Origin: Octopus vulgaris
Lineage: Eukaryota
DNA: 64,000 bases
NCBI GenBank assembly: GCA_951406725.2
Contig: OX597815.1
Location: forward strand, 42,594,001 to 42,658,000
Direction: 5' to 3'
A program made the position numbers and the translations under genes. Numbering within the stretch: the first letter of the stretch is position 1; each line of letters starts with the position of its first letter. The notes under the pieces are model-generated. The model did no database searches. It saw only the letters and a list, made by a program, of their open reading frames with translations, and was not told the origin of the DNA. Positions 13,984 through 27,541 of the stretch are shown piece by piece.

Positions 13984-16069
13984 GTTTGTAGTTATTATAA
14001 CTATTTAATCATAGATTATTATTAAATGAGCAGGCTCATGAGCAAAGGTCTTTCAATTTTGACCATCTCATCTTTTACTTTTTCTGTCAGGGACATTAGA
14101 TAGAATATATAAACAAACTTGTGCTTATTGATGAATTATGTATATAGATATATAAGACTGTAGAGTGAATTTTGAAGAGAATTTGGTTGCCATTTGTGGC
14201 AGGTCGATCTACTCCAATGTTTATTTCAGCGTGTTATTGCTGCTGAAGTTGCTGATTATGTTTCTGATATTATTATTTGCATATTTAGATGAATAATCTT
14301 TAACATGAGTATATTTGATATATATCACGGTTTTGATTAGACTATGGGATGTTACACATTGCTAGTTATACTGCTCCTTGCATTGTTTTAGCTTTGGAAT
14401 GATGTTGCTAGGCGGGCAGGACAACATTGCTCCCGAACTGAACGCCACTCCGTTGCAGGGTTACACATTTACAACTGAGTGGACTGGAGCAACATGAAAT
14501 TTAAGTGTTTTGCTCAAGAACACAACCCGCAGTTGGGCTGGGAATCGAAACCTCAATATCGCGATCGTGACTGCTACACTCTCATTATTTGGCCACAGAC
14601 TTATATATGCACTTTTGCCGGAATCTGCCTGATTGCTGATGGTTCTGTAGTTTGTTCGAACACAGCACTTGAGTTAACAAGACTACGGACTCTCAGTGAC
14701 ACAGTGTACTTAGCTATAACATTTGTGATGACATAGTTACGTAAGCACGCAAAAATGCTGAGCTCGCAATTATAGTCTTGTATGATAGTAGTTTGAAGAA
14801 ATACGAGCACACATTCAATGAAGACAACAGGTGACAAAACAAAATAAGTCAAATTTTTCCCAAATGATTCTACAAAAAATACCCGGAACGATAGGGGGTT
14901 GTGTTAAACCTTGCGACAGAATATTTTGTAGAATGTTTTCTTAGGCTGTCGCAAAGCTACATGTTTAAAATAGGGATGATGGTGGTAGTGGTGGGATATT
15001 GTGGAATGATTGTTTTCCCCCATCAGCTTAACTTCTGGTCAACCCTAATTGAGTAGGCATATCATCCCAACATTACATTTGGGATTATCCTATCAAGGTG
15101 ATTTGTAGGACTTTAGTGTCATTAACGGAGACCACTCTGTTGTAAGTATTCAAAGCATGTTTCTATTGGTTGTTGTTGTTATTAAACTTCTGGTGTCAGC
15201 CCTGACAGAGCTGACCTATTAGTCAAAGGACAAGAGTCATAATCTCGTCTTTCTATGTGGTTTCTAGGACTTGGGTGTCATTAACGTTGACCATTTGGAG
15301 TAGGTCTCCGGTCTAAATAACGATTTCTTCTTCTCTTTCCCTTACCGGAAACACTGCAAATGTCATAGATGCTCTTTTTCATCAAATGACAAACCTATCA
15401 ATAAAAAATGCCATTTACTTTCTATCACTTTCGCACACTTATCTTACGAAACGTAAGACCCCACAAAATTTTACGTTCTCAACATCTCATCAAAACTAAA
15501 CTACCAAAAGTCTTATACAAAGTCATATATAGTAAATTATTGGCGGTAAAATGTGATTCGCAGAAAGTTTGGCTGCTGTTTCTAGCAACTTGAACGAGTA
15601 GTAGACGTTTCATCTCCTGACTGGCTTCAATGACCAGACTTGTTTATTTGATTTAATTTTTAGTTATTGAAAGGCAAAAACTAAGTAGAACACGTAAGAA
15701 CTGGATATAACCCATCCAGCAGGTTTAACATATTCCTTTGTCCTTTGGATGCTTTTAGAAGAGTATACTTTGTTACAAGCATTCTAGCCTGATCTCTGGT
15801 CAGCAGATCCTTTGCACGATTCTTCTTAACAAATACGTAAATTCTGAAAAGTGTCACCAGATTGTTCTTCTCACTCGGAAGTCATAACTAGAGCTCAGAG
15901 TTATTTTACTCCTGTGTTCTAATAGTCATTTCAAGAGCCAAAGTACCATAATTTTATTTAGCTAGTAATATAGAGGGCCAGTTCCCATAACAATCACATC
16001 CTGCTGGCTTATATTAGCAAGCATGCATTGGGTAATATAGTCTATTGTCTAAAATAATAAATGAATTAA

Positions 16070-16297
16070 GGCGTGGCATCTTGAGCGAGTGTCTTCAACT
16101 ACAGCCTCAGACCGACCAAAGCCTTGTGAGTGTATTTAGTGACAGAAACGGAAAGATACCTGTCTTGTGTGATAGTGTGTGTGTGTGTTGCATATGTGCG
16201 TCCGTGTGGATATATGTATTATATATATATATATATATATATATAAACACACACACATATATATATATGTATATATATACTGTGTATGCATAATGCG

Positions 16298-16337
<40 letters not shown>

Positions 16338-16565
16338 GGTGTGTGTGTGTGCCTTTGGGCTTGTCCACTAACAATGCTTGACGGCTTGACGCCCGGCATT
16401 GGTTTGTTTTCGTCCCCGTAACTTAACAGTTCAGCATAAGTGACCAATGCAATAACTACTACGCTTCAGAAAATTAAGTACTGGGGTCGATTCGTAGGAT
16501 TAAAATCCTTCAAGGCGGTGCCCCAACTTGGGCGCAGTCCAATGACTGAATAAAGTAAAAGGTAA
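16070..16565 (+). mobile_element. degenerate SINE family C copy with internal microsatellite
   Basis: GACCGACCAAAGCCTTGTGAGTG...GGAAA, then a (TA/TG)n tract, then the 3' module CGTCCCCGTAACTTAACAGTTC...GCAGTCCAATGACTGAA. Confidence 0.65.
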
Positions 16566-16744
16566 AAATGATAGCAGCTAGAAGGCATTGATCCTAGACC
16601 TGTTAATTCAAGTATGGCCTCGGGTTAAACAATATCAACAATGGAAGCTACAATAATGACAACAGCAACATGAAAAACAATCAAGGTTATGCTACCTCAC
16701 CAGAATCCATTTCCTTCGCATAACAAACTTAATTGATTATGATA

Positions 16745-18480
16745 TGAGAAATGTGTGTTATGTGTGTGTCCGTGTGTCCACACGCTTCTGTGGAGGTACG
16801 TGCGTGCGTGATTCTGTGCGCTGCTGTGTTGGGAATACGTGCGCATGTGTGTGTGTATGTGTGTGTGTCTGTGTGTGTGTGTGTGTGTGTGCAGGCGCGC
16901 ATCCGTATGTATGTGAGTGTGCGTGTGAGTGTGAGCGTGTGTATGTGTATGCATGTGTGAGCGCGTGTATGTGTGTGTGTGTGTATGCGTGTGTATGTGT
17001 GTGCGTGTGCGAGCGTCTGTATGTGTATGCGCTTATGTGAGGGATCGTGAGCATGTACTTCTGTGTGTGTGTGTGCGTGTGTGTGAGTGCGCGCACTTGT
17101 GTGTGCATGTGTGAGCGTGTGTATGTGTGTTTGTGTATGCGTGTGTATGTGCATGCGTGTGTGAGCGTGTGTATGTGTATGCGCTTCTGTGAGAGAACGT
17201 GAGCATGTACTTGTGTGTGTGCATGTGTGTGAGTGCGCGCACTCGTGTGTGCGAGTGTTTGCTTATGTATGTGCTTCTGTGAAGGTGCACACGGATGTAG
17301 TTGTATGTGTATGTGTGCATTAGGTGTGAGTGTATGTCTATTATTGTACGCATGTATGTACGTGTGCGTGTGCGTGTACGCGTGTGTGAATTCCTCTGTT
17401 TGTATGTGTGCATGCTTGTGTGAGTGCATGTGGATGAGCGCACATGTTTTTGGTGAGTGTGTGTGTGTGTGTTTAAAGATGTGAGTGTATGTGCATATTT
17501 GTGCACGTGTATAGGTGTGTGTATGAGTCTGTAAATACCTGTGTGTATGTGTGTATGTGTGAATTCTTGAGAGAATGAATGTGTGCGAGCATGACCGCGA
17601 AAATGTGTTGTGCAGGTGCATGAATGTGAGTGTGCGCGCGTGTTTGAGTGTGTTTGTGAGTGTGTGTGTGTGTGTGTGCGAGAGAGAGAGAGAGGGAGAG
17701 AGAGGGAGAGGGAGAGAACGAGAGAGAGAGAGAAAGAGAGAGAGTGACAATGTGTGCTTGCGTATAAGAGAGGGAGAGCGACAGAAAGAAAGAGACAGCG
17801 ACAGAAACAGAGAGAGAGAGGGAGTGTGTGTGTGCGTGTTTGTGTGTGTGTGAGAAAGGGAGAGGAACTACGTGTGTGTGTGTGTGAGAGAGAGAGAGGG
17901 ACTACGCGTGCGCACGTGAGAGAGAGAGGCACTACGTGTGTGTGTGTGTGTGTGAGAGAGAAAGAGACGGAAAGAAAGAGAGAGAAAGAAAGAAAGAGAG
18001 AGAGAGCGCGACGGAAAGAGAGAGAGAAAAGAAAGAGAGAAAGAGAGCGAGCGACGGAAAGAGAGAGTGCGACAGAAAAAGAGAGTTAGAGCGGCAAATA
18101 GAGAGAGTAAGCGAATGAGAGAGAAAGAGCGACTGTGCGCGAGAGAGAGATAGAGAACAGATGTGTGTGAGAAGGAGAGATAGAGAGAGAGAGAGAGAGA
18201 CAGGTAGAAATAGAGAGAACAACAGAAAAGGAGTGACAAAGTTACAAAGAGGGAGAGAGCGCGCGCGAGAGAGAGAGCGAGAGTGACTATGTGCGCGAGA
18301 GATAAAGAGGAACTGTGTGTGCATGTGCGTGTGAGAGAGAGAGGGGGCGCGAGAGAGAGAAACAGAAAGAGAGTAAAAAGGAAGAAAGAGAGAGATGGCC
18401 TGTGTGAGTGAGAGGCAAACAATGAGTATAAGAGGGAGATAATGTTGGTGCCTGTGTGTGTTTATAACTGTATGTGTGCA
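16745..18480. repeat. compound degenerate (TG)n then (GA)n low-complexity tract
   Basis: About 0.9 kb TG-rich followed by about 0.75 kb GA-rich sequence; explains the long His/Thr, Val/Cys and Arg/Glu pseudo-ORFs. Confidence 0.95.
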
Positions 18481-18796
18481 TGCGTGTGCCTTTATGCTAA
18501 CAGATGTCAACTATTTCATGTATGTTTTCTTTTGCTATTGTGATTGATTTTGCTGCTGTTGCTCATGGTCTCATTGCTACTGTTATTTAGCCCTGGGTAG
18601 ACGCTGCTGAAGTGGGCCTTTGATCAAACTGTGACTATCCATTTTTTCGTCTTGCTTTCTTTCAAACGCGCAGTATATCTGCGATGAAATATTTCTGTGA
18701 AACAACAGAGTGGGATTTTAAGTATGGGGGAGATTTGGTTGCTATTTCTAGTAATCTCATTGACTACGTAGAGATTCCCTCCTTGGATCGTACCGA

Positions 18797-19200
18797 TGCT
18801 TCTCTTTTACTTGTTTCAGTCATTTGACTGCGGCCATGCTGGAGCACCGCCTTTAATCGAGCAACTCGACCCCGGAACTTATTGTATTGTAAGCCCAGTC
18901 ATTATTCTATCGGTCTCTTTTGCCGAACCGCTAAGTGACGGGGACACAAACACACCAGCATCGGTTCTCAAGCAATGCTATGGGGACAAACACAGACACA
19001 CAAACACACACACGCATACATATATATATATACATATATACGACGGGCTTCTTTCAGTTTCCGTCTACCAAATCCACTCACAAGGCTTTGGTCGGCCCGA
19101 GGCTATAGTAGAAGACACTTGCCCAAGGTGCCACGCAGTGGGACTGAACCCGGAACCATGTGGTTGGTAGACAGGCTACTTACCACACAGCCACTCCTGC
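18797..19200 (-). mobile_element. full-length SINE family C (tRNA head, CORE-like domain, internal TA/TG microsatellite, 3' module)
   Basis: Near-identical to 57424-57826. On the minus strand: head GCAGGAGTGGCTGTGTGGTAAG, B-box GGTTCAGTCCC. Confidence 0.85.
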
Positions 19201-19335
19201 TGTTTACGTTCCTAATCGATAAGACTGTTATGTTGCCAGAGTCGATTTAATTGTTCATAATTTCAAACCCACCACCAGAGTTACACTTCAAAATATCCAT
19301 TTTGTGTGAAAGTTATTCTTAAATTATTAATCACC

Positions 19336-19594
<259 letters not shown>

Positions 19595-19876
19595 TCGTCA
19601 CCCTTTTCAAACCTAGCCAGGCTCGTGGGCCCGGTTTGCCGGTTTCTATGGCGTATGTGTTCCCCCCAGCTGGACAGGACGCCAGTCCATCGCAGTGTTA
19701 ATGAAGAAACAGGAAGAGAGAGTGAGAGAAAGTTGTGGCGAAAGAGTATAACAGGGGTCTCCACCCCCCTGCCGGAGCCTCGTGGAGCTTTTAGGTGTTT
19801 TCACTCAATAAACACATACAACGCCCGGTCTGGGAATCGAAACCGCGATTCTCTGACCGCGAGTCCGCTGCCCTAA
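19595..19876 (-). mobile_element. SINE family B variant with an internal purine/pyrimidine-rich insert (partial + strand copy at 41013-41165)
   Basis: CCAGCTGGACAGGACGCCAGTCCATCGCAG and AAAGTTGTGGCGAAAGAGTA are shared, as reverse complement, with 41013-41165. Confidence 0.7.
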
Positions 19877-19899
19877 GTTAAACACGTAAACAGTTTTCC

Positions 19900-22460
19900 A
19901 TGCTGCACTGTTAGGTCAGGATGAAGTCCATTGTCAAAATGGGGGAAGCTAGGTGTTATTTGCCAAACTGTGAAACTATAACAAATTGGCTAGACCTTGG
20001 CAAACCTTTATAAGCAGATATAATTGTACCCCCCAGTTTTTTGTGACAGTTTTTTTCTGTGAGACAAAGTTGTTCAATTGGATCCTGGAAGCTATGATTG
20101 CCTATTTAGTTTATGCCCTTTGTGCTTTGTGTTAGGCATTTATGGATTTATTTTATGCTCCAGGAATTCGCCAGAACTTTTGTCAGATTTAAAATAATTT
20201 CTGTGTCACATCTGGGTCCAAGATTCGAAATCCAAGGTTCGAAAACCTAATTTGTACTATAATGGAAATCCAAATTTTTGGAATCCATCTTTTTGAGAAA
20301 ACCAAATTTGTGAGGCCAGGTTTTGTGTGAGGCCAATTTTGGTGAAACCAAAAATTGTGAATCCAGAGTTACGGATTCAAGTTGTGAAATCAAGTTAGTG
20401 AAGCCGGGATTCTGAGTTGGAATTTCTGAACAGTATATATATGCTACCTTTGTAAACAGAAGATATTAGATTGTCATGAACAAGTAGCTGAAGTGTACAG
20501 GCGAAAGTTTAGGCAAGCTTGGAAAAATTCCTCTGACTCTTTAGATAGAATTCGCTTGGAAAAATAAAGTCATGTGGGGTAAGTGGCTTAGGTCTTAAAA
20601 AAAGTTGATAATTTCGGTCAGTTGGAAGAGTTGATGTTGATAGAAGAGTTCCTGAATAACGTGAGAGCTTTTGTAGCTGAAAGGCAGGTTAATGCTTTAG
20701 CTGAAACAGCAAAACATGCCGGTGTGTATGCATTGATTCCCGGCAAGCGTCAATAAAAGAATGAAAATATAAAAAAAACAGTTTATCAAGTCAGATGGTG
20801 TTACTCAGAAAACAGAAGTCGGTCAGAAGCAGCAGAAGGCTCAGTATAGTACTTCTTCTAAATCCTGCCATTACTGTAAGACTCCCGGACACTTAATTGG
20901 TGATTGTAGAAAGTTAAAGGCTTAGGTGGCAGCTCAAGCATGTTAGTCCAGAGATCCTGAAGCAGCTTTCAAGAGTGTTGTGATTTGTGAAGTGTTGTCG
21001 GTTCTGTAGAGGTAGCTGGGCCATCAGGATTTTAAGTGTTTTTCGGACACAAGGGTTTTGTCTAAGATTAAGTTGGACCCAGATGTGGGTGTTTCTGATG
21101 CTGCTGATGCAGATTTAGTTATGACTTCAGTTGTGGATTGCTCTAGTATTGATGCTACTTCTGACAGTTCGTCTACTCCTAAGTCTGTAACACTTTTAGA
21201 GATACTGGTGCAGAACAAACTCTCTTGAAGCATGATGCTATATCTATTAGCATACTGACATCTTTAGGAAGGAAGTATTAATTAAAGGTTTTACTGCAGG
21301 ATATGATTCCATTCCTTTGTATCTAGTTCACTTAGATTGTAAATATGTAGCAGGTCCAGTTGCTGTTGGATTAGTTACTACTTTACTTACCGAAGATGTC
21401 GATCTTTTGTTAGGCAATGATATTGCAGGTAATAAAGTTTATGCAGTTCCTATTGTGCAGCCTAAACCCGAGACTGATCACGAGACAGAAAAGTTAGACA
21501 CATTGTATCCAGGAATATTTCCTGAATGTGCAGCGACTAGGTCCCAGACCAAGGATATGAATAGTGAGGCTAGTGTTAGTCCCAGTAATGCGGGATCAAA
21601 TATTAGTTCAGTTAATGATGATAACATAGCTTTGTCTAATAATTTCCTTGTGGATCTGAATTCTGGTAGTGAGAGCCTACTTATCCTAGTGAAGCTGAAT
21701 TCAAAGCAGACAAGAAAACTTTAATCCTTAAGCAGAAAGAGGATAGCAGTTTAAGCAAGCTTTATACTAGAACTTTCTCAGAGAAGGAAGCAGAGAAGTT
21801 GCCAATATGTTTTTATCTTCATGTTTTAATGAGGAAGTGGAGGCCATATGATGTCCCAGCATCGGATCATTGGAAAATTAGGGAGCAAATTGTAGTCCTA
21901 AAGGAGTATAGACTAGATATTATGAATCTAGCACATGATATTCCATTGGTTGGTCACTTAGGTGTTCGAAAAACCAAGTTTAGAATTTTACAGTACTTTT
22001 ATCGCCCAAGTTTATCTTCCGATATTACTAGTTATTGTAGAACTTGTAAACCATGTCAGTTAGTGCGAAAGCCCAATGCAACCATCGATAAGGCACCCTT
22101 AAAGCCCATTCCGGCTTTAAAAGAACCCTTTTCCGGGATTATTATTGATGTGGTTGGTCCATTGCCCAGAACAAAAGTAGGATATCGCTACTTATTAACT
22201 GTATTGGATCAAGCGACTAGTTATCCAGAAACAATTCCGTTGAAAGAAGTTTCTGCAACTACTGTAGCTGATACTTTGGTGAATTGTTTCACCCAGTTTA
22301 GTTTTCCAAAGAAAATTCAGTCAGATCAGGGATCCAATTTCATGTCAAGTATCTATATGTTAGGGATCAAACAGCTTCGTTCTACAGCGTTTCAACCACA
22401 AGCACAGGGAACCTCAGAACGTTACCACTAAGTGTTGAAGAATATGTTGCGGACTTACTG
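19900..22460 (+). mobile_element. degenerate Ty3/gypsy LTR retrotransposon, Gmr1-like (gag-PR-INT), 3' truncated
   Basis: SCAN-like gag (EVYRRKFRQ...QLEELMLIEEFLNN, about 20480-20750); CCHC knuckle CHYCKTPGHLIGDC (20866-20907); protease RDTGAEQTLL (DTG at 21201-21209) and DLLLGNDIAG; integrase HHCC (AHDIPLVGHLG...CRTCKPC) and core (IIIDVVGPLP, SDQGSNF, ERYH). Frameshifts and stops present. Confidence 0.9.
21799..22460 (+). pseudogene. gypsy integrase (zinc-binding and rve core), disrupted
   Basis: ORF 21799-22431 carries H-H-C-C and D,D,E-region motifs; premature stop at 22431. Confidence 0.88.
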
Positions 22461-24137
22461 CCGAGTTGCAAGCCGACCGATTTTTCCCGGATGATTTTTG
22501 CTCCTGCCACCGTCTAATAAACCTTAATGGTTTCGCCTACTTTCTGTAAGTGTTCCATCTTAGTCACGATGATAGTCATCCGCATACGCTGTAACTGATC
22601 CTCCACCTCCTGCATTCGTCGGGATGCCGCTCAGCTTTCGCAGTAATGGCTCGAGGACCACTACGTACAAAAGCGGAGAGAGCGGACACCCCTGGGGAAC
22701 CGACCGCTTGATGAGTAAACCAAGAGCCAATCCGAACTGCGCGAGAACAGCCACCAGGTAACGATGGTCCACCCTATCGAATGCTTTAGCTTGGTCTAAA
22801 TGGATCAGTGCCCCACCTTTGCCAGAATCGTTACCATACCCTTCTACAGTGTAGCGTATAAGATGAAAATTGTCCTGGATTGTTATGCCAGGGACCGCAC
22901 AGGATTGTGCTTTCCCGATCAGGCCATCCGCGACCCGCGTCAATGTTTTTTGGTAACACCTTGGCCAAAATCTTCATCTCTGCATTCAACAGAGTGATGG
23001 GCCAAAAATTATCTATATTATCCCCCTTGTCCGGGTCCTTCCTAACCAGTATCACCACTCCCCGGTGCACAGATCTGAGAATCCACCCATTTGGCTGCCA
23101 GTTCGCGTAAACGCCAGCTAGTCCGTGCGCGAGCAAGTCTGGCATACTTATATATAACTCGTAGGGTAGACCATCGAGTCCCGGCGCCTTACCACTGCCG
23201 CAGTCAGCTATGGCCCCAATTACCTCCTCAGGTGTGATCGACCCTTCACAGCTCTCCACATCCTGCCCCGAGAGACGCGGCAGCTCGGCGAGGAAGTTCG
23301 CAAGGCTTGTCCTACTGTTCAGTCCATCGCTCCCTCCGAAAAGCTGGGTCAAGTGCTCCTGAAAAGTCCGATACATCTCCTCGGGTTCATTTATCAACTC
23401 ACCTAGCGAATTATGGAATCGTTTCCACGTTGAGCACCCACAACACGTTCTCATCCAGCCGCATTGATTCCCTCGCTCCCTATTGCACGAAGTCTAGCTC
23501 TAACGATACACTCCATGTGCTTGGCTTCGAGATGCTGGTTTAACTCCAGTCTCTTCACCTTCACCTGAGATGCGTTGCCAGTTCTCGTGGATTCCTATAG
23601 GGCCTTAACTATTTTTTTTCCTTTCTACGCCCTCTAGCCACTAAACCTGCCCTATATCTAATAGACTCAAATTTAATGGCTCTCTTGATGGCGTACCACC
23701 ATTTGTTGTTAATAATGGGACCGGTCAACGCCCTCAATCGCCAAAAGGGACTCATTGAGTTTCCAGTAGCCGGAACCATTACTACAAAACTTATCTAGGT
23801 ACAGTTTACAAGTGACCATCTTGTGATCACTGTAACTGACCAGGTTATACTGTGGACACGTAACTATATCTTTATTTTTCTAATTAAAATCCTATCTATA
23901 TAAGACCTCGAAGACCCGTAGCTATTTGACCATGTCCTCAATGGAGCATTCGGAAATTCTAGTCTGTGAGGATCTACTAGCTGAAAGCGACTTAGTAGAT
24001 CCCGGAAGCCAATGTTAAGTCACCTATCAGAATTAGAGCCAACACTATCCACGCGTGCATTGAGAATAGTGTTAAAGTCTCCTAACACAACCAGTGAACG
24101 TGACGTGCCTAGAAACTTCTTCAAATCTCGATAGTAA
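22461..24137 (-). mobile_element. L1/Tx1-clade LINE ORF2 fragment (APE endonuclease plus RT), degenerate and truncated at both ends
   Basis: Minus-strand motifs LVVLGDFNT, SDHKMV, GSGYWKLNESL, KAPGLDGLPYELY, WPITLLNAEMKIL, LDQAKAFDRVDH, QGCPLSPLLY, AYADD and AKIIREKSVGLQLG; frameshifts and an internal deletion. Confidence 0.9.
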
Positions 24138-24169
24138 TCAGTCTAACTCAAACTGGGTGCATAAACAGC

Positions 24170-24380
24170 CACCAGCCTGTGTTTGTCCCCACCACTTGAC
24201 AACTGATATTGGTATGTTTGCGTCCAAGTAACTTAGCGGCTCGGCAAAGGTGCCGATAGAACGAGTATCAGGTTTAAAAAAACATAAGTACTGGGGTTGA
24301 TTCTTTCGACTAAAATTTTGCAAGTCAGTGCCCCAGCATGGCCTCAATGCAATAACTGACACAAGTAAAAGATAAAAGAT
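24170..24380 (+). mobile_element. SINE family C 3' module
   Basis: GTAACTTAGCGGCTCGGCAAAGG.GCCGATAGAA...CCCCAGCATGGCC...ACAAGTAAAAGATAAAAGA. Confidence 0.7.
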
Positions 24381-26438
24381 ATATGCACGGAGAATAGCTA
24401 GAATCAAAACGGCAACGTACATAGTTCTTTCTAAATACGTTCCAGCAGATTTGAAAGTGGATATGCTGTATTGCATTTCGTTTTCGGAGAACACCGCTTT
24501 TCAGACAGTGTGCAGTCACAATGCGCTCGATTAAGTGACGTAATTCTTTCTTTCTTTCGAAATTATTTTCCCTTTTCTTTGTGAGTCGCTGGTGTGGTTG
24601 TATGGTAATAAGTTTGCTTCCCAACCACATGGTTCCGTGTTCAGTTCCACCGCTCGGCACCATTTTTATTGTACGAACTTTGCGGTTTGGCATAAAAGAT
24701 GAATAGAATAAGCTTCAAAAAGTTTATTACTGGAGCCCATTCATTGAACTAAAACCCTTGGAAGCGGCGCTTGAGAATTTTTTTCTCGTGTAGCCATTCA
24801 ATACATAACCATCTTGAATACCACAAGAGCACAATCAACTTATCTTTAAAGTGGTACCGTATCATGTTAACTAGTGCAATACAGAGTTCACGATTCCAAT
24901 TCTTCTTTGAAAGGTTATATACTTTCAATGAAGACATAGTCCACTTTGGTGACACGGTGACCTTTGTGATAGTGGAGGATGCCTTCATGTTTTTTTAAAA
25001 TTTTTTCTTCGTATGATTATTAAACTGCTTTAAAAAGTATACGACGGTAAAACTTTCAAAGCTGCTGTCTTTAAAATACACTAGATAAATCTCATATAAC
25101 AAGAATAAACTTTATGGATCGATATATCGATAACAGTTAACTATATTAAGGAACTGAAAGCGAGCCAAGTCTCCAGAAGCCGATACTGCAACCAGATTCT
25201 AATTTCGTTTATTGTCAATTAAGGGAGATGTGACCCGACCATGAGGTATTCTTGTTATCTACCCCTCTGTCCCACATGTAAGCTACCTAGTGCTAAAGTT
25301 TATATCATTTGAAACTTATGTTGACTTATCGTTTAGCTAAGGGTCATTCCCAATTTATCAGTCCTATATAGAAAGACAGACATTTCTACTGTCATCACTT
25401 TGTATTTTATTCACACATAGTGAATATGGGACTGCTCTTTTGAATATAGGCTTGTTTGATTGCTGTTTCTAGCTGTTCTAGTGACTGTTACGTGGCTCTT
25501 TTGTTGGCTCATATTGCTTAACCTCAAGTCACCAGCATTCCAGCCCTGACCACTACATCGTTTTCCTAGATAAAGTGTTCGTAGAACCACGCCATATAAT
25601 TGTATCCCATACGTTTTCGAGTGACGAGGAATAGGTTTCGCTGTTGATTTATGCCGAGTGCTTGCATGCAAACTATTGAAAAGATTGTTCTATAGCAGGA
25701 TTCATTCTCTCATTCATTCATTCATTCATTCATTCATTCATTCATTCATTCATTCTTTCTTTCTTTCTTTCTTTCTCCATCATTTCGACGAAGGATCCTT
25801 TGGGACTCAGTGAAATATACCTGTAATTGAATTATGTGGCAGTGTATAGAAGTGGTTTCACATTGACTTCCTTCGAGTATTTCATTAATTTTATTTTATT
25901 TTTTACAAGACACCATCTTGTTGACTCGATACAAATAAGTTAACCACACTTACGCAGTAAAGACTCGGTATTCTACAAAGCATTTTCCCTAATACTCTAA
26001 CAATGCCACAATACCACTGTCTCGAACTGGGATCTTATTTTATTGACTCAAAAAGATAAACGGCCAAGTTGACCTCGGCAGGATTGAAAATCAGAATGTA
26101 AGAGAAATTTTTTTAAATGGATACAGAATAAAGAAACTTTGTCTGTTGTGACATCGATTCTGTAGACTCACTGCCATCAGTTCTTATTTGTAAAATAATC
26201 CATTCATCTAATCCCTTCACCCTGAAGAAGTCTTACTTATCATAGAAAAACACCACAGCAATAACCATAATAGAAAAAGATATGGTTTTGGCACGTCCAA
26301 ACATATTTTACGATAATTATTTTGTGGATTTACTTAATCTTCAAAACTTCAAAAGCAACGTCAATTTCTACAAACGCATCATTCAGGAGTCGTGAAGGCT
26401 CTTTCGCTATACACAAAAATGGGTTTCGTATCCCTGAG

Positions 26439-26620
26439 TGGAGGCGCATGGCTTAGTGGTTAGAGAATCGAGCTTACGATCGTGACGTTGTGAGTTCGAT
26501 TTCCGGACTGGGCTGCGTATTGCATTCTTGAGCACGGCACATTATTTTACGTTGCTCCATTTCACTCAGCTATAGAATTGAGTTGCAACTTCATTGGTGC
26601 CAAGCTGTATCGGCGTTTGC
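26439..26620 (+). mobile_element. SINE family B-type 5' part
   Basis: GTGGAGGCGCATGGCTTAGTGGTTAG...GTTCGATTTCC...TTCTTGAGCA. Confidence 0.7.
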
Positions 26621-27541
26621 TTTTCTCTTGGATAACATAGATGGCGTGGAGAGTGGAGGCTAGTATGCCTTTCATTCTATTCTTCAACTTACTTTTCTCC
26701 GTCATCTTCCTTTGTTTTTCTCTCGTTCTTTTTCTCTGCATGTGCATATATATATATAGAACAAATACTGAGAGATTATTCAATCCAGGCAAAATACTGC
26801 ATAAGCTGTCTGTTGGCACACCAGGGCCAACAATATTACTTAGATTAGTGAAGAACTCCAGGTAATGACGAAAGCAGCATTAATTTACTTGGGTCGTTCA
26901 TAATTACTTCAATTGATCAATAGATCAGTTGAATAAACTTACTAGTAATGTACTTATAATGACTAGTGGAAACAGCTGCAAGCCAAATTTGCTACAATAA
27001 AGAAATAATATGTAATGACCATCATTTTAAACTTGTTTCTTATATATGCATGTTTGTGTGTGTGTCTCTGTGTGTAGAGAAAACTTTGAGAGTCGACAAA
27101 AAGATATATTACTAAGCGATAAAATGTAAAAATAGTAACAACATGTTAAGTTGCAAACATATCTATGTATGCATATATGTACACACACACACACACACAT
27201 ACACACACACATACGCACAAACACACACACACATGATTTCTGCTACTTACCAATGTAAAGAAAATTACAACACATCAGTTTTTACACAGGTGAATCTCCG
27301 CGCGCACGCAGGCATACGCACATGCAAACGTATACCACTGCACATCCATGTGCACGTTCATGTGCACCTCCATGTGCCCAAGGGTGATCCGTGATTGAGT
27401 GCGTACGTGTGTTTGTAAATACAATTGTATAAAAATACAAATATCCACTATGCTGTTTATATATGAATGCTTCTATGTATGTATAAATATGCACAGATGC
27501 ATGTACATACGTATACACACACACACACACACATAACATAT

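Noticed and set aside
19932-19950. TGTCA-AAA-TGGGGG as LTR end plus tRNA-Pro PBS of the gypsy element
   Set aside because: Only 6 nt match and no second LTR to confirm it.
24700-25000. Coding-looking unique segment with short ORFs on both strands
   Set aside because: No recognisable motif and no convincing splice-site pair; possibly an old TE.
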